DNA from: Chrysomallon squamiferum
Taxonomy: Eukaryota; Animalia; Mollusca
DNA: 64,000 nucleotides
Assembly: GCA_012295275.1 (NCBI GenBank)
Contig: CM022666.1
Location: forward strand, 9,548,001 to 9,612,000
Direction: 5' to 3'
The translations under genes were made by a program, and so were the position numbers. Each line of letters starts with the position of its first letter. The stretch's first letter is position 1. The notes under the pieces were generated by a model. That model worked only from the letters and a program-made list of their open reading frames with translations. It made no database searches and had not been told where the DNA came from. Below are positions 18,640 through 32,800 of the stretch, one piece after another.

Positions 18640-20833
18640 CAAATATAATGATATGATACACTATGTTTCTTTCTTGTTTCAGATAAGTTTTTCATCAACA
18701 AGTGATGAACTGAGTAATAAATTGTTATATCCTTACTTCCTGAGAGTTGTCCCCTCCGACGAGATTCAAACGGCGGCCATGGTTGCTCTTATTCAGTATT
18801 ACGGCTGGAACTATATTTCTGTGGTATACTCTGCCGGAAGTTACGGCGAGCTGGGATACAGAAATCTAAAACGTCATGCTAGAGATAAGGGAATTTGTAT
18901 CGCGTCCGCTCAAAAAGTTGACAGGAGAGTAAAAGATGACCGCTACAATGAAGTCGTCGAAACAATTGTTGAACACATCAAAGCCAGAGTTGTCGTCGTA
19001 TTTGGTATGGATGATCTTGCTAGAGGTTTTTTCGCGGCAATAAAACGTCTAAAACAGGATGGACAATTTATATGGATCGGCAGCGATGGCTGGGGGACTA
19101 GACTAGTTGACCTAGGTGACCTAAAGCACGTTGCCCTCGGTGCTTTCACCTTTGACTTTCATTCAAAGACAAATCCTGATTTCGAATCATGGTTTAAAGC
19201 CAAACGTCCACTGAAAGAGAAAAGTCCATGGTTTAAAGAGTTCTGGGAAAAACATTTTAAATGTTCTTTTTCTTCCACCCCTCCCACATGTAAGGACACC
19301 GACTTTCTTACGCTTGTCGATGATTTCAAACCCGACTCCTCGGTTACAAAAAGCATGGACGCTGTGTACACTTTTGCAAATGCTTTAGACAGACTTGTGA
19401 AAGACCGCTGTTTGAACACTTCTGTGTCTAATATACGCCGCTGCATTGAAGGGTCACAACTTTTGGAATATCTCAAGTCAACAAGTTTTCAAACAGCTAA
19501 CGGTTATATATCTTTCGACAAGAGTGGTAACCTTCTGGGAAAACACATCATAGAACAGTTGGTTAGAGACAGTCCTAACATGAAGAGAATAATTGGTGTT
19601 TACGATTCCAAATCAATGTTGATTACCGTCTTTAAAAACGCTACCTGGCAGTATTTCGGATGGAGAAAAGATTCTGATGGCATACCAGAAATCGTTTGCA
19701 GCAGACCGTGTAATGCTGGAGAGTTCCGTATTCCGAAGCGGTTGAGCTGCTGTTGGTCGTGCAGATCATGTCGTCCAAACGAGATCATCACCAGTAACGG
19801 CACTGACTGCGCTAGCTGTGAAACGTTTTACTGGCCTGATGAGGTATCTAACTATACGAGGTGTTCCAGGATTCCCGCCACGTACCTCCTCATGTCGGAT
19901 GCGCTGGCAGCGTTTCTGATCTTTGTATCTATTGTTGGAATGATTGTGACAGTTGTTGTGTTGGCTTTTTATGTGAAACACAACTCTACCAAATGTATCA
20001 AGGCTTCCAGCAGAGAACTCAGTTACTTGATGCTTGTTGGAATATTTGTTGGTTATATGACCGCTGCAAGACTGATGATGCCGCCTTCTGATATAGCTTG
20101 TATGGTCAACCTGTTTTCGTTTAGTCTCTGCTGTTCCTGGGTATACGCGCCACTAGTTACAAGAACTATTCGGATTTATCGAATCTTTGAGACAGGCAAG
20201 ACATTTAATCAGAAGCTGGCGTTCACGAGCTCAAGGAGTCAGTTCATAACTGCCAGTTGTTTAATAGCAGTACAAGTAAGTGATAACTTTTAAAGCATTC
20301 AACCATCACTTTATTTTATTTTATTTTATTTTATTTTATTTTGTTTAATTTCACAGATTGTTGTAAGTACAGGCGTCTTGATTTCCCGTCGTCCGGTCGC
20401 CAGATACGTTATGCCTGTTGCTACTGAACCTTACGTTGAGTTCAGTTGTCATCTTGACCTGGTTGGCTGGCTCTCGTTCCTTGTTTACAACATAGTTCTC
20501 ATTGTCTGCTGTTCGTTTTTTGCCTTCAAGACTCGGAAGCTTCCGGACAACTTCAACGAGTCTCGATTTATCACTATGTGTGTGTACACGACTCTCATTA
20601 TATGGATGGCCTTCATCCCTGCCTATTTCACTGCTGGGCGAGAGTTTCTTAAACCAGTCCTGATGTCCACTGCCTTACTTCTTAATGATACAGTGGCCCT
20701 AGTGTTCCTCTACGTACCGAAAATTTACGTTACTTTACAAATGCACTGCTGCCAGAACTCATCAGAACATCTCAAAATGAGTTCTAGACAATGTTCCTGC
20801 AGTTCTCCGTTAGCCCCAGTATCAGTTACTTAA
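16767..20833 (+). CDS. Metabotropic glutamate receptor-like class C GPCR (Venus flytrap + cysteine-rich + 7TM), ~854 aa, 3 exons
   Basis: Exons 16767-17261, 18683-20275, 20357-20833 (phase 0, GT-AG). Signal peptide; motifs EAMIYAIERVNND..ILPNVSLG, VVGVIGP, QIPQISFSSTSDELS, YFLRVVPSD, WIGSDGW, PWFKEFWE, CCWSC, IKASSRELSY, KTRKLPDNFNESRFI, YVPKIY. Confidence 0.95.
17358..17944 (+). mobile_element. Internally deleted Tc1/mariner (DD41D/rosa-like) element in GPCR intron 1
   Basis: About 65-bp TIRs (cagggttccccaaaagtaaccgaaccgcaaac... / ...gtttgcggttcggttacttttgggacaccctg) with TA on both sides. An N-terminal HTH remnant (ERIFVIKNYY...PSKSTMFNLVSKFEVTGS) is joined to a C-terminal remnant (CRDCIKVQGRHF*HL). 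Confidence 0.88.
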
Positions 20834-21391
20834 TCCTGGTTTAACCCCACTACAAAACTCTGTCATTTTATTTATTCTGATATCTAAATAATAAATGTAT
20901 TAGTGATCATATTTCAAGAAATCTTGGAATGTAAGAGTAATAATATATGTCCAAATCACCATAATAAATCTTTGGTGAATCATTTTCTGTATCACACACG
21001 CACGCATGCACGCACCCATACACGCACAAATACAGAAGCATACATACTTTTTCTCACAAAATATCTTCGGGATTCACAGTACTATTACTACTTACTTATG
21101 TTAATGTTGCCACTATCACTATATCCATTTCATGTACTTCTACTGCTGCTGCTATTATTTCTACTATTACTGCTACTGCTGCAGCTTATTAACTTTATTA
21201 TTATTATTGTTGTTATTATTATTATTATTATTGTTATTGTTGTTACAGATAACTAAATGTTAATTTTCTATTGAAACTGTACAATAATACTATGTTTTGT
21301 GTGAATATTTCTAAAATGAAATTTTTTTTCATCTTTTTATGTACCTCTTTTTATAAGTAGTTGTTAGACTGATAGTAATAAATTATTGCAA

Positions 21392-21466
<75 letters not shown>

Positions 21467-23563
21467 AACCTCAGCTTATTTTTATTATTTTGTATTATTT
21501 ATTTTTTTAATTTCTATTATGAATGAAACTTATTAGTTTTTCTTTTTTTTTTCTTTTTTTTTTTTCTAACTCTCCGAGAAAGGCGGCGTTATCGATGTTT
21601 ATGTATAGTTTAATATATTAGAAATCCCAAGGTGAAAGATAGAAACAAAATGAAGCAGGGAATACACAAATTAAATAACAGATATTAAAATATGTCTTAT
21701 ATTTAGATTTAATTAAAATGCACAGAATAGTGTAGTCAGTATTGTCTTGATAAATTAATTAAGGAAATACACAAAGCTTGTATCTAATTATCATGAGTAA
21801 TAGATATTTATTTTATTTTACTTTAAATTTTTTATTTTTTTATTTTTTCAAAACTAAAAATCATGAATTTTTGTTCTTCGCTGAATTAGTGTTTTCTTAC
21901 GCAAGTTATTTCAAGAAATAGCTGAATTACAATGAAACAAAATTAAGGTGTTATTTTTCTGTCGCTAACTTAATTTTGATTTCATTCTCCGTCATGTGTT
22001 AAATCAAATACATTCGTCTTGACCTAACATGCAGTGAATGTGTTATTGCAAAACGCAGTAAACTTATCTGTAAATGGACTATACGACCACAGCATAATAC
22101 AGAGAATACTCATTTTAAAAATGACTTTTATCACACATAAATAATATTTACAGAATCATATAATGAAAACAAAAAACAACAACAAATTTCATTCTTTGTC
22201 ACTGAAATCAGTTCAATCCCTGTTTTGAAGTTCACATATTTGACATTCCTAAGACATGAAAACCAGTTTCTTTCTTTCATAATTTTATTATTTTTAATGC
22301 TTCAAATTAAGTAACGTATGAAAAATAATGTAATATGTTTAACGAATTTGATATATTAAAAACCGAATCAATTTTGAAGAGATATGCACGTTGTTAATGT
22401 GATTATTTATTTTAAAATACAGTTAAACCACAATATAATTAATAAAAAGATCAGAAAGAAAACAAAACAAGTGTATGTGGATGTGTGTGTATGTGCGTGT
22501 GTGTGTGAGAGAGAGAGTTTTGAAAGATTCTTCTTAGAATAACAGCGCAAATGAATTTTTTAAATCTTTGTTTTATATATTGTTTCAACTATATAAATCT
22601 CGTTTGATCGCAAGAAAAGTTATAATTTCTCGATTCTATCTTTCTTCATGTTTAATCGATGTATGACTATACTTATATCATAGAAGAAATCATCGTCATG
22701 GTTACATCAAAAACAGATATTCGCCTGTTAAACTAGAGAACAAAACAGCCAAGAGTTCAAAGTCTGTTTAATAACCAGAAAAGGAGAAATCAACAAATTA
22801 AATTTTTAATATTAGTATCTGTTTGTTTGTTTATTTATTTATGTGTGTTTGTTTAAATGTACCTATTTATGGATTTATTTATGTGTATGCATTAGTTAAT
22901 TAATTAACTAAGTAATTTATTGTTTATTTGTTTGTGGCGGCACAAAATTTTTAAGTCACATGCTTAAAAGGAACGGGCAGAGATTAAACAAAAGAAAAGC
23001 ATTTTAATATTAATCCTTTGATATTTTAAATGATATGTAAAAGTAAATAAATAAATAAATAAATAAAAATAAAATTGAAAGAATAAACAAAAATTTGAAA
23101 AGGAGGAAAGAATGAGGAAAAAAAAGAAAAAAAAAAAAAAAATAAAGTAATGACCTGACTAGAACCAACAACAGTATACCCTACTTGAAATTTTCTCATG
23201 CGGCTCTGTCTAGAAGTGACAAATTTCACGAGTTTCACAATCCAAATAAGCAGTGGTCATTGGTTATATACAAACACAGGTAATGACAAATGGTTGCCGA
23301 CACTTGTACTAAAATATCTCTCTAATTTTCTGTTAAAATATAAGCTAAGAAAACTGCACATAATTGATGGTAAAAAATTAAAAATATATAAAAACATCAA
23401 TAAAATTATTAAGAAAACTGTAGTTATTTTAAAAATATTCTCCAGACTTTAATATAGGTTTACTTTTTTAAGTCTTAACACTTTGGAAGGTTGTTACGAC
23501 CCTCTTAAAAAGACAGTCGTGCTACGGCGTAGTAATATTACCGCAGTGGTTAAATCAAGCCGT

Positions 23564-23700
23564 ATGAGAAGATCTGAGGTATCTGCAGTGTGGGATTATT
23601 TCTACAGGATTGATATAAAAAAAAAAAAAACGACGAATGACACTTAACCGATTCGAATCTTGAAGCTTTAAAGAAAATAACTGTCAACTTTGTCTTAAAA
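23564..23700 (+). mobile_element. Possible BED zinc-finger remnant of a hAT transposase
   Basis: MRRSEVSAVWDYFYRI followed by a frameshifted CQLC. Short and degenerate. Confidence 0.3.
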
Positions 23701-25174
23701 CAACATTGAATTTTTACTTAGGTAAGATCACGTTCTTCTTCTTATTATTATTATAATTGTTGTTGTTGTAGTTGTAGTAGTTGTAAATGATGATGATTTT
23801 AGTTTGTTATTAGCGTAATATTAATGCAGTTTTGTAGACTTACTCTGATTTCTGTTATATTGTGTTTAGTGATGTAAGAAATGAAAGTCGTTGTTCTTAC
23901 TGCAAGGTCTACTATTAGAAATAAGATATGTTTAATTTATATGCACCTTTCCTTATATATTATATTATTATTACTATGTCTACTAGCAGCAGTGATATTG
24001 CTAGTTTTGTTATCTTGCTTCTCATTCATATTATCGTTATTATTATTGTTATTGTTAAATTTGTTGTTATTATTGTTCTTGTCGTTGCGTCGTCACATTA
24101 ATACAATTTTGTAAACTGATTTTTGTAACAATGCTTTTTTTCAAGTCAGAAAATAAAGTGGCTGTTGTTATTCCAAAAACTATAATTAGTAGCAGTAACA
24201 TATATTTTATATGCGCCTTCCTATAAATATATAAATACATATTTCTTTGATAAATCAGTGAAGAGAAAGTCTTATTGTTTCTGTAACAAGGGGCGATCGC
24301 ACGACTGAAAGTTTTGTCTTCGATCTGAGATTCAGCATGCTCTGTATTTGTTCCGTCGTTGTCAAATTGTTGTAACGACAACGAAATGCAAAACAAGAAA
24401 GAAAACAAGTTCTCTTTCTTACCTAATGAACGTTCGAAACTTGTTCATTATGGAAATCTTCTTTGATTCATCACATTTTGATAACAGTATAATTCATGGA
24501 TATAAAAGGAAATATTAATTTGATCTTACATACTAGATGAACGAATCATAAATTTCAAGTTTTATAAAATTTATATACTTTAAGAAAATAAGATATAATA
24601 AGAGAAACACGTTTCTACAATGTAGCAATGCTGCATGTATTTTTCAGAATACGATAGTTAATTTTCTGTTTCTTTTCTCATCGTTATCGTTGTTATTGTT
24701 ATTAGTCCATTTATTTATTTATCTTTTATTTTTACTGTTATAGGTATTTATCAATTTAATCAGTGCTAATTATAAATAAACCAGTTTGTTGAGTTTTTAA
24801 CTACTTCCTCAGTAAATAATAATAATAATTAAATCATTATCAACAATGATTTTAATTTTACAGTCGGATCATCTCATTAATAAACATAGACGCTGTTGTA
24901 CCATTGAAAAAGCGGTTGTACCACTTACAGAGAGATACAAGAGCAGTTTGCTACTTGTAGTATATGTAAGGAATCGTTTGATGAGGAAGGTAAATGTCCA
25001 CGTTTACTGCCGTGTTATCACACTTTCTGTACTGCTTGTCTTCATAGAATCTGGAACAATTCACAACATGGACTTACATGTTCTAACTGTAGAAAATCGT
25101 GGCCTGTTAACAACTCCATAGAACAGTCGTTTGAGCGAAACAGAAGTGTATGTAATTTAGTGGAGTATCTGAAC

Positions 25175-25431
25175 GGTGTCTTCCCATCTGGTATAATTCC
25201 CATTTCGTAGAAAAAAATCGTCTATCGCAATACCTGATTACATCTGTATATAATGAACTTGGCCTGTGCATACAACTGGTTTCTTTCTAACATTCAGAAG
25301 CGGAGCGCATTGTTCCTAAATCGATTATGTAACATTATTATTATAATAGTATTACTATTATTGTTGTTGTTGTTGTTGTTGTTATTATTGTTATTATTAT
25401 TATTCGTATTCTTCTTCTTCTTATTCGTATA

Positions 25432-25475
<44 letters not shown>

Positions 25476-26833
25476 GCTGGTCATTTCTAATTCATAAACA
25501 TTTCCTTTCCGTTACAAAACAACCGACCAATAATAATCTATCTATTAACAAGGAAAGAAAAGAAAAAAGCGGCACGATGTGTTTTTTGTTAATTCTCATG
25601 TTTGCTTCTGTAAAAGAAAACGACAAAAATATTATTATGAATAACTAATTTTATTCAACAATATAATTTAAAGAAAAAAAAACATATTTTACATACGAGT
25701 AATTCACTTATATTCAGTAAATAGAATATGTGAACGTTACATTTATCATTAACTGTTCGAATTAAACCATATTCAGTTTAAACACGTTCAAGATATATAT
25801 TACTGAGCATATTTACGTTATGCACACATACATATTCACATTGTGCACATATTATACAATATATGTGACATAGTATATTAATAGTATGTACACTAAAGAT
25901 ATTATGACCTGCAAATACTTTGGCTACGACTGAAAAAGTTTATACGAAGGACCAAATCATTGGGAATACTTTTAGATGAATACCTTCTTTTTTAATTATT
26001 TATAGTCACTACATTCGATACATAGATTATTTCGATATTTGTTATGTTTGCATACTTTATGCGATATTTATGTCATATTTGCATACATACTACAAAAATA
26101 CCTCAGATTAAAGATGTGATTGGTTCCAAATTTCCGATAGTTAAGTGAGGTATCGTTAAGCGGGAGACTAATTTAAACAGAATTACGGTTAAAAACAGTG
26201 GTTACTTTCTCGCTGATGAAATTTGACATAAAAAAAAAGAGGTGAAATAAGGAGAAATAAAACGGCAGTTTAGACATAAATGATTTAATAGATTATAGAT
26301 ATTATGTAAACAGTAAATCATTTACAAATCAATTTATACAAATACATTAAGAAATAATTAGATGCCGCTCATTGTGGGTTCGTTTTTTTTTTGTTGGTTT
26401 TGGTTTCATTTAAGATATCGTATTTTGTTTCTAAAGTTATTGTCTTCCGTTTCTTTTATCATCAGCATTTGCCGGTATACTGTTATTCGTTTTGACATAT
26501 TGGAAGGGTAAATTACAAATGAGTTTAAGTCTAAATCGAAGCAGAAGAGAAAAGAGAATCAAAGTATCTGAGAGAAGCTCGTGAATGAACGAAAAACGAA
26601 CGAAAACGGACTTAAAAACATGCATTGTATCCATTTATATCATTTATTTCGAGCAATTAACTATTAAATTTCTATTTCTATAATTTGTAAAGAAAGATCG
26701 TTAAAGCGGGATATCGTTAAGCGAGATATTAATAATAATCGCTTTCCAAATAATCTGGAACAGTTCATTCTAATGACTGAGGTAAAAACATATACGTCAA
26801 TAAGACCACTGAACCACATTTAGCCTTTCGACG
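25175..26833 (+). repeat. Copy 2 of the direct segmental duplication (copy 1 at 13047-14870)
   Basis: Colinear near-identity to 13047-14870. It runs directly into the TRIM-like pseudogene. Confidence 0.95.
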
Positions 26834-26869
26834 AACTGGGAATTCTACCAGTTGGGAGTAAGCCATCTG

Positions 26870-27874
26870 AACATGAAGAACAAACCTGATGAGTTATTGT
26901 GTCAACTCTGTGAAAAACATTCTGGTGCCAGGATTGTGACAAGTACTTGTGTGATGAATGTTTACCGACTCGCAAGAAAATTCCAGTTACAAAACAACAT
27001 AAAACGATTCCTTTATCAGAGCTGCGTCAGATCACCTCAGATGAATATTTCCTTCAGCAGAAAGAGATGTGCAAAGATCATGACAACATTGAACTTGATC
27101 TGTTTTGTAAGCAGTGTTAGTCACTATCTGTGCCGCTTGTGCTCCTGTTTCTCACAGCAACCATCTCATCTGTAACATGAGAGACATTCACGAAGAGAAG
27201 AAATATTACATCATGACAGAATTAAACAAGTTTCAAGCCTCAAAAAACGTTTCAGAACAACACAGCATGAAACTAAAGCAAGAAAACATAACACTCGATA
27301 CAGGCAAAGCACACCTCTTGAAAATAATTTATAACTCGTATGACACAATTACAGCAAAATTATCATAGAGAAAAGAGCGGATGAAACATGATGTTATTTC
27401 CAACATAGACACACAGAAAGCTGTGCGAGATGAACAGATAAAAGTGATTGCCGAGTCACAAAATGAAAAGAATGATCATGTTCTGTACTGTCAACAGGCG
27501 ATGCAGTTTGCTTTAGGTGAAGATTTTCGAAAGATGTGTGAATCTCTAGAAAAGAAGATTCAGTCTCTAACTCAAAGTCTACAGCTGGTTGATGTTCCCA
27601 TGCAGCAAATCACCTTGGACGACACGTTTCAACAAGTCAAGAAAATGCTGGTAAAAAATGTTACTTTGTATGATGGCGTAATTTTCAAGGAGGAAGACAC
27701 AGGTATGAAATTTAATAATAATGATGATAATAAATGTCAAGGTAGCGAAACTACAGAATCTGATCGAAATATTTTTTTTAATTTTTTTTTTTTTTTTTGG
27801 TTGATATTATTCTATAGATTCTTTTTATTAGAAAGATACATATTGTGAATGGACATTGCAACATCACACACACA

Positions 27875-27968
<94 letters not shown>

Positions 27969-29823
27969 CCAAAACATCATGTGTTATCCATTAATCTTAG
28001 CCTGACATTGCAAATATTTATAGGATAATGTTACATATGCATCTATTGTGAAAAATGTTTCAGCCGCAAATGAAGCAAGGACTTTAGATAATTTGCTAGA
28101 TGTTCATTGAGAATATTCCGGTCTATTTATTCAGTACATTGGTTACTTCTAAACTCTCTGAAAGTAAGCAGTTCAGACTGTCATAGTGACATGATAATGA
28201 AATCAAACTGGTGTGTACACATGATTTAAACAACATCGTCGATTGATGAGTCACTAGTATCGTAATGATGTTCTGTGAATATTAATTTCGTCTTATAACA
28301 CCTTTTAAAATATAAAGGATTCAAAAAGGTATACCAGTGATATGAATAACGGACACCTACGAGTAAAAAAATGCAATTAATGTTTGTTTAATTTTTTTTT
28401 TTTTTTTTCACTTATTGTAAGAGATATAAATAAGTTTTGTAATAATAACTGTTACTATAATGAAAAAATATCAAGGCCGTGTTGCAGGTTTCCTAATGTT
28501 TTATAAAATTTTGGCTTTAATAGAGTAGCAAATTAAATACAAAATAAATAATTATCAAAAATATTAGTTATTATTATCGTTATTACGTTAGATTATATTT
28601 TTGCGTAAGTTGACCTACTTATAACATTGAGTCGCGTTTCTTGTCTCGTTCGAGTACATTTTGAGAAGCGAACATCGAGGCGGTATTTTTCATTGTTAAC
28701 AGGTTCACAAATTTTGACTGAATTTATAGATTTCGTATAGATAAGTTGATAACGTGTTTTCAGTTTAATTAGGTATTTTATATTTTAATAGTTCTTTCAT
28801 TCAGTATTTTTTTTTTTTCATCTGCTATTCCAAATTAGTCAAATAATAAAAGGTTTTACTACTAATTTCCCTTGTAAAGCCACCACTACTGTTACTTCTG
28901 ATTTTACAGTTGTAATAATAATAATAATAATAATAATAAGTACAGAATCACCTGAAACAAGAAAACTTGTGTTAAAAACCTGAACGTGTCAGTCACAGAG
29001 GAATCTACAGTGAAATTTCATGTAACAATTTTTATTTATTCACTTCTAAATATAATAATGATCATTATGTTGATAAAGACAACAATAATAATAACAACAG
29101 TAAAATGTGTAAAAACTCAAGTTTAAAAATTGTTTTTGATTGTTAACATTGTATAACGTGACTGTGCAGATTGTAAAAGTGAAATATTTAACAACGTATT
29201 TTATTTTGACAGTGACAACAATGAAGTTTTCAGAAAAAACACTAAACTGGAAGAGATGTTGTATTAATGAAAACAAGGAATTAGTTAACAAAAGATCTGT
29301 AAAAGAAAACCAAAATGAAGACAGGATGAAAGTTATGAGTGGTGTAACAGGTGACACACATTTCTGAGAAAACAAATGTTACATTTGGTAGACAAGAATT
29401 ACCTGACACATTTTGGAAAGTGCAAAGCACTGCAGATTGGACTGTGTGTAGAGGGACATTGAAATGAGGTAATTGGAATAGGTAAAAATAAACATACTTG
29501 TTGTGCTAGTTTACAAAAATCACAATAAAATATGTTTACTTGTTTGGCCCTGTGGTAAAGGTGACTGTGATGGTCAAGTGTGTGACTATAAAACAAACAC
29601 ACATCACTTACTACTACTATACAGAGAAAGTAAAAAACTACACATAATAAACACAGACACTAACACACTTGTACACACACTGACTGATGTTGACATGTCA
29701 CAACCATTGATACCTGTGTTTGCTGTTTACAATCCTCATTTTGATGTGAAAGTGAAAATTTTATCTGATTTATCAAAGAATTCCACTTTGCTCAAACTGA
29801 TCTCTTCTTTAATCTGCTCATAA
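26870..29823 (+). pseudogene. TRIM-like pseudogene: B-box1, B-box2 and coiled coil (to donor at 27702) plus a SPRY/B30.2-like terminal exon (29213-29823)
   Basis: Read across frameshifts: CQLC..WCQDCDKYLCDECL...VTKQH (B-box1); CKDHDNIELDLFCKQC..TICAACAPVSHSNH (B-box2); heptad-rich region; AG|GT at 27702. The last exon has MSGVTGDTHF*ENKCYIW*, LQIGLC and LVHTLTDVDMSQPLIPVFAVY, which resemble SPRY strands. Multiple stops and frameshifts. Confidence 0.8.
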
Positions 29824-32800
29824 AGTAAAATTATTTAACAAAATAGTAATTACTTTAAAAACAACAAAAGTAAATTTGTAAAGTTAAATAACTGTCTGTC
29901 TGTTATTGATTATCTCTAAATATAAATATATATAAGTACTCTATATAAATAAATTAAATATAAATATGGTCAGTATCAAACACAGGCTGTCAACACATAC
30001 ATATTCAAACACACACAGATATGGTGACATACACTTCAACACATGGACTATTACACTCACTATCAAAATTATTTGTTATAACAAATTTGTTATTTGTGAA
30101 TCTTGCATTTCATATGTTTATTGTTAGTAATTTATGACAATAGTTATGTATCATCAAATATGTGCAAATTGTGCAACCTGTGGCTTCATTATTGAATATT
30201 CAGGTTTATTTAACAGATGAAAATTTGAATAAAAATAAAGTAATTGTGACATTTTATAATTGATTTTTGTTATTGCTAAAAATATATAGAAGAATTTTTA
30301 TATCCAAGATAATGACACTGGCCGCTTTAATACTAAATATCTTATTGTTTTTAATTTTTTCCCTTTATTTATTTATTTATTTGATGATGATGATGATTAT
30401 AATTATTATTTTCCTTTCTTTCATGATTTTAGTTTATTTTCCTTCATTTATTTATTTATTTATTTTCAATTTTACTATTTTTAATTCATTCTTTGACTTT
30501 TTCTTTTTCCCTAAAACTATGTGTTTTTTTCTTCATTTATTGCTGGAAAAAATATGGGAGATCAGACATATCATTTACTACTACTACTACTACTACTACC
30601 ACCAGTACTACTATTAATAATAATACTACTACTAATAATAAATCAAATGAATATAAAAAAAGGATTTAAATCTGGACTTAAATGAAAAGTGGTAGAGGAA
30701 ATATTGTGACATAGGATATTACAAGGATTATTTACTGGAAAAGATTTTTATATTTCTGATATAAACTGAAGTTTTTATTTTATACATGTAAATAATGAGT
30801 GAAAAGAGACTAGAATTTATATAGTTATTTTAATGAATTAGAGTTATTGGTGAATCTCATATTTCAGATATTTATTGTTACTGCAGTAAATTATGACAAT
30901 AATGTTTTGTGAAATCTGTGGATATTGTGCAATGTGTTCATTGAATTTTGTGCGAAATTTGAAAAAAAAAAAGAATATAGACAATAAAGTGATTGTGAAA
31001 TTTTAGAACTGATTTTTTTTTTTTTTTTTTTTCTGAATACATGTAAAAATGTTTCTATATTCAAGATGATTGCACTGTTGTTGTTGCTTTTAATAATTTC
31101 CTTTTTCTTTTTCTTTGTTTGTGTTTTGTTTTATATATTTGTTATTCAACAATGATTGTTATTGTTATTATTATTATTATTATTTCTTTCAGTTTGTATT
31201 TTTATTTATTTATTTTTATTTTTTAAATACAGGTTATATTCAAATTTTCTAACACGATTTGAAATAGTTATAACATGTTTTCAAACCAACTTTTAATTTA
31301 TGATTCATTTTTATATTTTATTTCATTCTTTGAGTTTTTCTTTTTTCCTTCAATCTATGTGTGTTTTTCTATCACAATTTTATTCTTTCACAGTCTTCTC
31401 ATCAAAATATTTTTATATATATATATTTTTTTTTTTTTTTTTTTTTTTCTCTTCGTTCTCTTCTTCATTTATTCTTGGACATAACATAGAAACTAAGAAT
31501 GTAATTTAACAAAGAAGAACAACAACAACCAACAACAAACAACATCAACCAACAAGCAAAAACAACAAACAACAACCAAGAACAACTAACGACAACACCC
31601 AATTATAACAACAACTACCAATGACCAACAACAATCAACAATAAGATTGCACCAACAAAAACGAAACAAAACACAGCAACAACTAACAACAACCAATAAC
31701 AATAACCAACTACATCAACAACAACAACAACCAGATGCAAAAACGAAACACAAAACAGCAAAAATAAATAAAATCTACTGTTATTTTGTTGTGGAATATA
31801 AACTAGATTGCGCATTCAGTACTGTATGGTTGGTTTAGCTCTAATCTACGTACATGGCAAAAAAAAACAAAAAAAAAACACGTTTAACCTTGATTGGTCC
31901 GTTTACCATAACAATCAATGCTAAGTATTGACACTTTCATTTTACAATCACAATTTCAAGGTTATATAGTCCTGTTTGAAAAATTCTTAGCAAACGAGAC
32001 AACTGAGTTGTAACTGATGATCACTAACAATGTAACATTGGTATTCAAATAATGAGCTTGTGTTTTTGCCTTGAATGGAATATTTTAGCCACACATTCTG
32101 ATTAGAAATGCAGTCTTGTTTATATTCTCTTGTTGAAGTCTATATTGTGATTTACAAGAACTCTCTTCCTGTTAGGGCAAAATACAGATGCTGACCATCT
32201 GATTATGTAAACATTAGCATTTATAATGTATAATAAGTGTAAATCCATGTTGTGTTTTTGTTGACACAAAAAAAGGTAAACATGGAAAAAATATCCTCTT
32301 TTGTTTTCTTTTCTTTCTTTCCTTTTTTTTCTCTGTCGGTAGTAAAAAAGAACACTTTGAGATGTTTGTTAAATATTTGTTTAGATATTATTCCGTTGCA
32401 ACATAAGCCACAACAGCTTTACTATGGAAAATATGGCCGATTGCAAGCAATGAAATTGTTACCCAAACATCTTTTAGATAACGTTGCCTTAACAAAAACC
32501 AGATACATATCATTTATTTTATTCTGTGTATATGCCATATATTATTCAATATGAATGCTCAATACAAGCATAAAAATCTGTTTTGTATGCTTTAGAAATA
32601 AAACGTTCTTGAAATTCATTAAAAAAATTCTCACTGTGATTATTACACAATATTAATAATATTTTGCCTATTAATTTTTAATTAATTAATTTATTTATTT
32701 CTATTTATTGACATATATATTTCGTTTATTTATCAAACCATATCATAATTTTATGTATCAGTTTCCGAGAAGTATTGTCCAGTCCAGTATGAACAACTAC

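Noticed and set aside
18943-19981. Antisense ORFs over the GPCR exon
   Set aside because: Shadow ORFs of the real + strand CDS.
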